DNA of 33,415 nucleotides from Perkinsus chesapeaki ATCC PRA-425 (Eukaryota > Protista > Perkinsozoa), in the NCBI GenBank assembly GCA_013115145.1, contig JAAPAO010000394.1, positions 1 through 33,415 on the forward strand. The letters run 5' to 3'. The notes below the pieces were generated by a model. It was not told the DNA's origin, did not search any database, and was given only the letters and a program-made list of their open reading frames with translations. The translations under genes and the position numbers were made by a program. This document shows, one piece after another, positions 1 through 8,556 of the stretch (the first letter of the stretch is position 1; every line of letters starts with the position of its first letter).

Positions 1-73
1 CTCTGGTGGCTCAATCGGATAGAGCGTTGGACTTCTAATCCAAAGGTTGCGGGTTCAAGTCCCGCCCAGAGTA
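1..73 (+). tRNA. tRNA-Arg(TCT), first base cut off by the window edge
   Basis: Full cloverleaf: D stem GCTC/GAGC, anticodon arm TTGGA-CTTCTAA-TCCAA, T arm GCGGG-TTCAAGT-CCCGC, acceptor (G)CTCTGG/CCAGAGT. Confidence 0.95.
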
Positions 74-151
74 AGCAAATCTAACACGATGGTGTGGAAT
101 AGTTGGATTTGGTCCATATTTTCCGCAAGGTTCCAAAATTAAATGGATGTA

Positions 152-196
152 GCTTTGGTGGCTCAATCGGATAGAGCGTTTGACTTCTAATACAAA
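152..196 (+). pseudogene. 5'-half relic of tRNA-Arg(TCT)
   Basis: GCTTTGGTGGCTCAATCGGATAGAGCGTTTGACTTCTAATACAAA matches the intact gene through the anticodon arm. There is no T arm or 3' acceptor strand. Confidence 0.85.
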
Positions 197-231
197 ACAT
201 GAGCGTATCAAGAACACCCCGAAGCACCATC

Positions 232-277
232 GGGCGTGTGGTGTAGTGGTATCATGCCTGCTCCGCATGCAGAAGGT
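232..277 (+). pseudogene. 5'-half relic of a tRNA-Ala(CGC)-like gene
   Basis: GGGCGTG-TGGTGTAGTGGTATCATG-CCTGC-TCCGCAT-GCAGA-AGGT. It has an A-box-like D arm and a CTGC/GCAG stem around CGC, and stops in the variable loop. Confidence 0.7.
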
Positions 278-297
278 ACCAAAACTTGATGTATATA

Positions 298-371
298 GCT
301 CTGGTGGCTCAATCGGATAGAGCGTTGGACTTCTAATCCAAAGGTTGCGGGTTCAAGTCCCGCCCAGAGTA
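298..371 (+). tRNA. tRNA-Arg(TCT)
   Basis: Complete 74-nt cloverleaf identical to copy 1. Confidence 0.97.
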
Positions 372-449
372 AGCAAATCTAACACGATGGTGTGCAATAG
401 TTGGATTTGGTCCATATTTTCCGCAAGGTTCCAAAATCAAATGGATATA

Positions 450-494
450 GCTTTGATGGCTCGATCGGATGGAGCGGTGGACTTCTAATACAAA
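450..494 (+). pseudogene. 5'-half relic of tRNA-Arg(TCT), more decayed copy
   Basis: GCTTTGATGGCTCGATCGGATGGAGCGGTGGACTTCTAATACAAA, exactly 298 nt after the first relic. Confidence 0.8.
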
Positions 495-529
495 ACATGA
501 GCGTATCAAGAACACCCTGAAGCACCATC

Positions 530-575
530 GGGCGTGTGGTGCAGTGGTATCATGCCTGCTCCGCATGCAGAAGGT
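530..575 (+). pseudogene. 5'-half relic of a tRNA-Ala(CGC)-like gene
   Basis: Copy of 232-277 with one substitution (GGTGCAGTGG). Confidence 0.7.
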
Positions 576-595
576 ACCAAAATTTGCTGTATATA

Positions 596-669
596 GCTCT
601 GGTGGCTCAATCGGATAGAGCGTTGGACTTCTAATCCAAAGGTTGCGGGTTCAAGTCCCGCCCAGAGTA
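596..669 (+). tRNA. tRNA-Arg(TCT)
   Basis: Complete 74-nt cloverleaf identical to copies 1 and 2. Confidence 0.97.
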
Positions 670-752
670 AGCAAATCTAACACGATGGTGTGGAATAGTT
701 GGATTTGGTCCATGTTTTCCCAAAGGTGCCCAAATTGAACAAATACCGTATA

Positions 753-827
753 GCTCTGGTCACCAGAGTCTGGTGGCCCAATCGGGTAGAGCGTTAGACT
801 TCCAATCCAAGGGTTCAAGCGCTTGAA
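753..827 (+). pseudogene. Rearranged, degenerate tRNA-Arg copy at the array end
   Basis: GCTCTGGTCACCAGAGT, then CTGGTGGCCCAATCGGGTAGAGCGTTAGACTTCCAATCCAAGGGTTCAAG. The anticodon reads TCC and the variable loop/T stem is partly deleted. Confidence 0.75.
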
Positions 828-1143
828 GTGCGACTTAGAGTCAACTAATTGGGCTAAGTGGTCGAGAACAATTTCCCAATGGCTACGTAGCAGGTGCCGG
901 AAAATCACCCGTTCACCTCGCCTCAGGACGGAATAAGAAAATTAGGTTTTATCCAGCTTAGTATTCTAACCAGCTTTCAAAGGCTGTGCGAACGGTTAGA
1001 GTTTCACTAAGCGACCTCTCAACGCTCCCAACGACTCACCTTTAATATCATCGCATGATATATACCCTACATCTACCAATCTCATCGGAGGGATAAGCAG
1101 GATGACCTAGACACTTACGAGATAGTTATCCATACCAACGAAA

Positions 1144-1638
1144 TCAACTCGGAACGGCTACCGTTGTAGTTTCAGTGCAAACACCGTCATCATCTCTATT
1201 TCCTCCTGTTTCTAAAACATCTCCCTCTTCCGTTGAGATAACAGCTTGCTGCACCGACACATAATACGTTCGTGGCGCGGTGGTGATATTCCGTCTGAAA
1301 AATAACAGCTCGAGACACATATTTCACTACTACGATCGTAGACTCACGCTCGAGCCAGATCGCCCAAGAATCAGTCTGTCGCACTTACACCGTGAAGAGG
1401 TAGTCTTCGGGATCAATCGCAAGATCTGGGCCACTTCGCTCGTTTTCGTCGACATCGTCGTAATCAGTTATCCAGTCAGCCCCAATCGAAGGTGCCTCAT
1501 CCCCGGGGTACCTATCGTCCGCTGAATCAGCTCACGTGACGATTGGTTTTCGATAGCTTACCACAGGCATATGTGGCACCCTTTTGTGGCTGACTTCAAA
1601 CAGTTCACTAGTTTCGTACCGCCTCTTGGTTCGCTCAT
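1144..1638 (-). CDS. Possible multi-exon hypothetical protein (boundaries uncertain)
   Basis: The exon ...WADWITDYDDVDENERSGPDLAIDPEDYLFT joins in phase across GT-AG intron 1295-1388 to VRNITTAPRTYYVSVQQAVISTEEGD... The link to the ATG at 1638 is unresolved. Confidence 0.3.
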
Positions 1639-1788
1639 CAATTGCCACTAACCGATGTTGTCCCATCACAGACTGGGTTACTCAAGAATAAGTATATTTG
1701 GAAACAGTAGTGGTCTACTTGTCAGAGTATATTCAAGTCACAACACTGATAGTCGTCATCTCACTGATGGTTTGCACCCTTCCCAGCA

Positions 1789-4700
1789 TTAGAAAGTATC
1801 GGGAAGATCGAAGCTCGCTGGTGGCTTGGCCTCACCTGGAAATAACACATCAGATGATTGCCATAAAGAAGCTATCGCTATCGCCACCTACCAGAAGAAG
1901 GCTTTGATCCAGAATCAGCATCATCGGGTTTCTTATCCTGCTTTGCCTCTGCACCTATCAAGTTATGGAGTAATAGAACCACCTCGACACATAAACCAGC
2001 TGCTTACTTTCAGTCTCAGTTGAGGTCTTCTCCTCCTTCGTAGTCTTAGCACCGCGGCCGCCCTCTTCAGACTTCTTATCTTCACCAGTTTGATCAGCAA
2101 AAGTGAGAATCTGAACCCAGCGCAAATCTCTCACAGTATCACTACAACGGCAGGGCGGTACCTCCTCAGGCTCCTCGGGGAATAGATCATCGAGCATGAG
2201 GAAGCCAGACCGCCTAGACCCATCAGATAGCACAGGCAAGTACCGAACCTAAAAAGCAACGCATCTTTATAAACCGTTCACCCTTCGCTTACCTTTTGTT
2301 GCTCCTTTCTAGCTCCACGAGGTGGCATCATCTCACCAGCCTGATAGAACCTAATACTCGATTCTTGAGCTGGTACCACTCGTGATGGATTGTATCTGAT
2401 GATTGCCAATACAGTCGAAACTTCTGCCTCTGCCATACAGAGTTTGTTCGGTAGGCTCAGGAGTAGTAGTCTTTCTAGTAGTAGCCTCCTCCTCCTCGGG
2501 CTTCTTATCCACATCCATCGGGGTCGGTCCAGATCCTTCAGAAGCCTGACCAGAAGCGCGTGCAACATTGCATTCCAATTGCAGCTTCAATTACCTGATC
2601 TACACTACCTCCTGCCGTAGCAGTAACACTGGCGGCGTCCGCTGGTGTTTTAGCCGGGGTCTAAGTCGAATGGAGTCAACACACTATAAACTACGGTAAG
2701 GATTCTAACCTGTTTCGGTTTAGCTTGCTTAGATGTCACCACAGTGCCCGACTTCTTGCCAGCTTTATTGGTAGTTGAGAGCTTAACCGAGGTAGTAGAC
2801 TTCTTAGTGTCAGCCTTTGCCTAACATCAACAACTCAGAGAGCCTATCGACCTGCCTGGTCGCACTACCATAGGCTGAGTTGGCGGGGAATATGCAAATT
2901 GAGAAGGCTTGGCCAGACTTTGAACTGCGAACATCTTAGGCATCTTCATATCCTCATTCAGGCCTATTAAAGCCGTTGGAGAGAAGCTTAGACTCAGACA
3001 GAGAATTAATGGATACCAATACCTGATGACATCATTACAACGTTATACAAGTGAGGCGCCGATACATACCACATCTGAGCGAACAATACAAAGCCAACAG
3101 CTGCGCCCATTCTTAAAGTGCCAGCCTTGCTGAAGAAGGATGCAGTCTCATTACGGCCACCACAGTCCATAATGCCAAACGCTACAATAGCGCCAAACCT
3201 AACACCAGCCGATTGGACAGCAGCCAACGGGCGTATAGCAGTAGTTACCGAACAGAGACGTCCTGGTGTCTGTCTGTGGCTATCTTCATCAACTCAGCTC
3301 TGAACTTAGTTGCCACACCATTGGCTTGGGCAGCACTAGTTTGCATACAAAGGAAGCCCATGCCAATCACAGCACCTTGACGCACGAAATCTGTACGGTC
3401 CTTCAGGAGAGGCTCCAACTGAGAACAACATACAAAGTGCCTATATAACAGGTATCTGTTACCAGTTTAACAGCATCAGGATTGGAATCTGCTTGACCAG
3501 CACAGGCAAAGCCAATTGCTAAACACACTGCGTATCTAGGAAGAATAGGTTACATTAATAACAGTGCTCCACATGCTTATTACCTAACATGAGGGTTATA
3601 GCTCTCACTAAGTAGACGTAGAACTGCGGGCAGCCTTTGAGGACTGTTACAGAGCACAAAGCCAAGGGATATCACTGCTGCTCGACGGACATCATCCGAT
3701 ACATCAGAAACCGAGAAATGAAGTAGTCGACGAATGGCTGATGATCGAGATGTGCCGCAGTAACTGAAAAATCAATTTGCACGCATGCGCAAGTCTTGGG
3801 CATTAGTCCTACGCCAATCCAGTCATAAACATAGCGCCGTAACGAAGTATAGCATCCTGATCATTGGCCATCTGTTCGATTATAGGCTCAGCCTCTTGCT
3901 CTCGACGGAATTGGATCAAGGCAAGTGCCATACCACAGGCACGAATAATCTGACAAAAGGTGGTGTAAATACCTACTTGGGGGGTTGGGGAGCACGAGAA
4001 GATAAATGAAGTATTATCGCATAGTAGCACATGAAGCGGCTGCCGGGAATGATGGGTGCAGGATAACATTACAGCTCCCTCCGACCGACTTAGTACCTTC
4101 TCATGGCTGGTATCCTTAGCATAGCTCAATAGATCATTAATAGCTGTCTCATCCCCTGAACCAGTCATAACCAAACCCATACCATATCCAGCAGCCTCGC
4201 CTGATGACGACATACAACCGATACAAGACAAGAGCAAGGTAGATATCTTACCAGAGACAGCGCTATCCTGGAAAAGCGTGTTCTTTAAATCCTCATATAC
4301 CACAGGATCAGCACTTCCCATAGCAGTTAAGCCCAGACCAAGGCAAGCTCCCACTTGATGCACTTCACTGCCCGAGAACTACAGCAACTGCTGTGGGCAG
4401 ATTTAGTCAATTGAGAGCTACCTGCTGCAGCATCTCCCTGAGATAGCTGACGATCTCCTGGGTGTGATGGTTAGCATGGATAAGGCCCAAGGCATAGAGT
4501 CCGCCTCCCTCACTATAAGGGCTAGGACTCTGTGATCCACTACCACCAGCAGCAGCACCACTAGAACTACCACCAGCTGCGGGGAGGTAGGTCGACAGGA
4601 TCGATTTGGATTCGCGAAGGTGACCCTAAATTATAGGAAAATACACAAGCATGCTATATTAAAGCGAAATTATCGATGCACATTCATTAGCTACTGTTGG

Positions 4701-6518
4701 GAAGGGCTAATAGTTACTATAATAATCCCTCTGACCCACCTTATGGATAACTCCTAGACTGCCGGTAGCAGTGAACTTGGCCCAATAGACAGCCTTGCCG
4801 AGCCATTCAAGATTAGCACGGAGGAAGGTATCGCTGGTAGTGCCACATTGCATAAGAGCATGACACAGAACGATAGCGTTGTGGGTTATCTGATGAAAAT
4901 ACGCTCCCCGGGTTCGAACCCACGACCTCCCGCATGATACTATGACACTCCACCACTCCGCCAAAACCACACCCGTGTATTACCGAGTTCCTTTCATCAG
5001 GTTGATTAGCCTTGATAGCATCCAGCAAAAGCAGATCAGTCGCTGAGTTACGATACAAGAACTCCAGATTTAGATCCGTCTGGGCATCGCCTAAGATAAT
5101 CCCTTCCTTTCCCCACCACGGAACGCCACAAGCTCACCGGCAAGTATCTTCTTAATATTGGCAATACACTCGGCCTTCTTATCAGTCTCTTGGTTCTCCT
5201 CCACCTTAACATCTACACCAACATATCCCCCCAGCAGCCAACCGTTACTACCCTCCTCAGTGCTGGCTTCCCCAGTAGGCTGCTCCACCACCTTAAGCTT
5301 ATCACAGGCCGATACTGTTTGACAGAACTGCTGGGCCTCACTATCAGCAAGATCAAAAGCAATCTGCATGGCCATGAGGCGACCAAACCTAATAGAAGAT
5401 ATACAACCACCACTGCCAGCATCATATTACTTATCATGGTTATCGAGGAGCTCACGGAGCATGGCGGCCACCTCCTCTGGCCGGTTAAGTAGGAAATAGC
5501 ACTGGGCTAAGCCGGCCCAATCACGGTCCCGTCCAGCGGGAACTGAGTTCGCCTCACCAATGACCGATATAACCCGACCCTCTTACCAGTCTTATATATC
5601 TTGATAAGCAACTCCAGCACTTGGCCTCGGAACTGGCGATCGTCGACCAGTTCCAGAGCGCTCGCTAAGGGTACACTATCCAAGGGATTTAATGTGAACG
5701 TGTATTACTCTTGCAGTAGAGGAGCATCTCAGCCACTTGGCTCTCCTTATCAGTAATGAACTTCTCAACCCAATCCAGTCTTTCCGCCTCCAATGCCACT
5801 CCCAAACCTCAAGTGCCACCCTCCAGTCACTACTAATTATATCCTCATATTACCTTGCTTTAGATCTCCAGCCATTAGAGCATCCTTCAGTAATGCCTTT
5901 ACGAGCTCCTCTATTCTAGGATCGAATTCTTCCCCTTCTTTATCCCCCACTGTAACATCCTCATCACCTGCTCCCCCATGTCTCCTACCCCTAGTGCACC
6001 TCTATTACCTTTATTACGATGCCTCACATAAGCATCGATAGCCTTGGAGACTATAGTATCAGTGTACTCATCAGAGCCTCTAGCGGTGATATCCAACAAC
6101 TTACCAGCTCCAAGAGCATATCGGAGAGCCTCATCGTATCTATTAAAAACACCATTACACGGACCATGGCGACTAATAGCCTCTTTACTCTTCTAGATTG
6201 AAAAATACTTTACTGGCCAGCAAGGCAGCCAAATGGCGATCAGGGAAGGACTCATCCTCGTACCTGGGAGTACCCAAGACTATCTCCTCCGCTAACAATT
6301 AAGCCTTACAATGATTCTATCTGAGGTAGATAGTCAGCTATCTCAGTCCAATAATCATCAACCATAGTGAGTAGCTGCTTCAAGGCTGCAGTCTGTAGTT
6401 CTGGCACCGGCTCATCGAGAACACACAGGACCCCTGCGGCCGAAGATATGCATGCATCAGGGCCGCTATCAGTAGTAGTAGCGGATGGGGACACTGGTAA
6501 TATAGACGAAGATGACAT
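1789..6518 (-). CDS. RPN2: 26S proteasome regulatory subunit RPN2/PSMD1 (many introns)
   Basis: Exons match RPN2 motifs: [25 protein letters not shown]; [39 protein letters not shown]; [12 protein letters not shown]; [13 protein letters not shown]. The C-terminus is [14 protein letters not shown] at 6518, TAA at 1789-1791. Confidence 0.95.
4896..4970 (-). pseudogene. tRNA-derived (Ala-like) Pol III element inside RPN2 intron 4890-4983
   Basis: A box TGGCGGAGTGG (4963-4953), ATGCGGGAGGTC, B box GGTTCGAACC (4920-4911), then TTTT (4899-4896). The acceptor and anticodon stems do not pair. Confidence 0.65.
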
Positions 6519-6635
6519 CAATACGCCCAATAATCAAAAACGGCTAAGGGAAGGTCGTGAGAGGAGAGACAGAGAACACAAGTGACCCATCGTCCGAAGG
6601 GCAGTAACTGTTAGTACAACATTAACGTATTACTT

Positions 6636-7699
6636 TTACATACCGTAAACGTCTGCGAGAGCTGGGCTCAACTTGAAGCATTTACGGAAGGTCTTGGCTG
6701 CCTCATCACAGTGGCCTTTCTCTGCCAGTAATTGAGCGTCCATGTATAGTCTGAAAGCCTCCAGATCCTCTGGTGCTGTACATAGCTCATCTTTCCTCTT
6801 GTACAGTATATCGGTTCTTATAATGTATTTCTTAGTAGCCCAAGATCCCTCGTGGAGGACACTGCTACCATAGAACATGACCAGACGTCCCTTTACACAT
6901 TGAGATGAGAACACGACGTTCTCAGGACGGCCGCTGAGCTGGCCTCGAGGCCCCCTAGGTTCCAGGGGCAACTCCTTCTGGGCTTCACAATAGAACTTAG
7001 TATCACCATCGCCTGGAGGACAATCGTTTATATACAAAAGGCCAGTGTACATAGTCCGCCTATTGAAGTCAAGAATACTAGTACCATCTGTATGTGGGGC
7101 AAAATGGCCTCCCTCTAGATACCTAAGATTCGAAATAGGTCAACACAGCGCCCCCTCAACTTCCCATATTACCGTGCAAATAGGAGTTTATTCAGAACCC
7201 CATATGGTTCCCATCGACCCACTATATCAACCTCATAGTTAGGGTGGTCCGGATCATCTGGGATATCGACCACAACCTTCTCAACAAATTGCCTGCACCT
7301 TTGCCACACTAAATCAGCCAGCTGCTGATGCGTAACTTCAACAGTGTAAGCCGATCGAAAATCGTTCTCGGGATTTTCGTGGCGCGGATCCCAGAACGTA
7401 TATCCTAGCTTCTCCGTTTGTTCAACAAGATAGTCACATTCCTTAGCCGTAAGGATACCATCCAAATAGAAAGCGTCAACTCCGGGGACATCTGTCCGAC
7501 TAACAGCATCGATATCGAACTGAGGATCGGGAGTGAAAGGGACGGCATCCTGCTGTATGGCGGGCTTGTCCACCACTTTAGAGTATCCCTCACTGGCTGC
7601 CTTACCGGCTGCACCACCCATTGTAGAAACCTCTAAAGGGTCCTTATGGTAGGGAGTAGAAGGTAGGACGGAGGAAGAGGCAACCGCCGCCGCTGACAT
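6636..7699 (-). CDS. Fe(II)/2-oxoglutarate dioxygenase (prolyl-4-hydroxylase-like) with a C-terminal TPR-like helix pair; 2 exons
   Basis: Removing intron 7123-7172 gives LFAR-YLEGGHFAPHTDG (HxD motif). A distal His lies in SVLHEG, followed by YIIRTDILY. LDGILTAKECDYLV is typical of the P4Hc fold. Confidence 0.85.
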
Positions 7700-7819
7700 T
7701 GATGTGAAGTGCTGAGCAGGAATAAATCGGCGATGATCAGATTTGAGAAGAACTGAACGCAAAAGATCTGAGTAGATCGACAATTTTACATGAGGAATCA
7801 ATTTAACTTCCACTCCAAC

Positions 7820-8377
7820 CTAAGATACTTTCTTATCTCGCCGTACAAGTTCCCTCAATTTAGCACATTCCTTCATCTTCCGTCGCCATATCGGACCATC
7901 TGTCTTACCCTGTCTACCTACATATCTTGAGGCTCTACCTTGACGCCGCAAATCTATCAGAGGTGGTGGGCTCATTGGAGGCTCTATAGAGGTAACGCTC
8001 GGCTGTGTAAAGGATCTAGCAGCTTGCATCTTTTCGTACAAATCCTTCTCAGTGGCCCGATCCCTATTGAACTCTCCCCACTCAGTGTGGCATTTATCCA
8101 TCAACGCTCGTTCCAAGAACTCTATTCCAGAGTCCTCTGTGTTCCAGGATGAGACCGCCGACCTCCCTATGATGCTACTGCTGCCGCTATGTGAGCACTC
8201 AAGTAGCAGCTTGGGCACTACTGGGATAGGCGAAGGCGACCAAAACATTTCTTCGGTTTTTCTGTCAGAAGTGGCCGCAACATCCTCTCGAGAGGCTCCA
8301 GTGAGAGGCCGGTGCCGTGCGTCGGTGAAATGAGGCCGAGAAGCACTGTAGGGCGGTGATGTGGGGCATGTTGGCAT
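7820..8377 (-). CDS. Hypothetical protein (185 aa)
   Basis: ATG-initiated open frame, co-oriented with and 120 nt from the next gene. No domain recognised. Confidence 0.55.
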   Translation of the reverse strand: MPTCPTSPPYSASRPHFTDARHRPLTGASREDVAATSDRKTEEMFWSPSPIPVVPKLLLECSHSGSSSIIGRSAVSSWNTEDSGIEFLERALMDKCHTEWGEFNRDRATEKDLYEKMQAARSFTQPSVTSIEPPMSPPPLIDLRRQGRASRYVGRQGKTDGPIWRRKMKECAKLRELVRRDKKVS

Positions 8378-8391
8378 GAAGACTCAACTTG

Positions 8392-8472
8392 TGCGAAATA
8401 GCACATAATTTCGTGGCGAGTGACTGAGTGTATATCTGATGATCCGGGTTCGAACCCCGGGCCGGGCATTTT
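8392..8472 (+). pseudogene. tRNA-like relic with an intact T arm/B box in the divergent intergenic region
   Basis: Perfect T arm CCGGG-TTCGAAC-CCCGG (8444-8460), an acceptor-like GCCGGGCA, then TTTT. The upstream part is degenerate and the 5' acceptor strand does not pair. Confidence 0.55.
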
Positions 8473-8556
8473 CGGCAGGAGCGCAGTTTCAAAAGTTGCT
8501 CATTGAGTTGCTTTCTGAACCGCCTGTCCACTTTAGTGTGCTTGCGGTGTGTCTTT

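Larger units (their letters stand above)
1..735 (+). repeat. 298-bp tandem repeat (about 2.5 units visible; window starts inside the array)
   Basis: The same tRNA-Arg starts at 0 (inferred), 298 and 596. Spacers are near-identical between units. The third unit diverges after about 720. Confidence 0.95.

Noticed and set aside
1-735. Repeat array as a CRISPR locus
   Set aside because: The repeated parts are tRNA sequences, the spacers are near-identical rather than unique, there are no cas genes, and the context is eukaryotic.
35-908. ORFs 35-268, 333-566 and 651-908 on the minus strand
   Set aside because: They are antisense shadows of the tRNA repeat.
152-8472. Split or trans-spliced tRNA assembled from the 5' halves and the 3' relics at 4896-4920 or 8444-8468
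   Set aside because: The acceptor strands are not complementary (GCTTTGG or GGGCGTG versus GCCGGGC or GGAGCGT), and I saw no complementary leader/trailer sequences.
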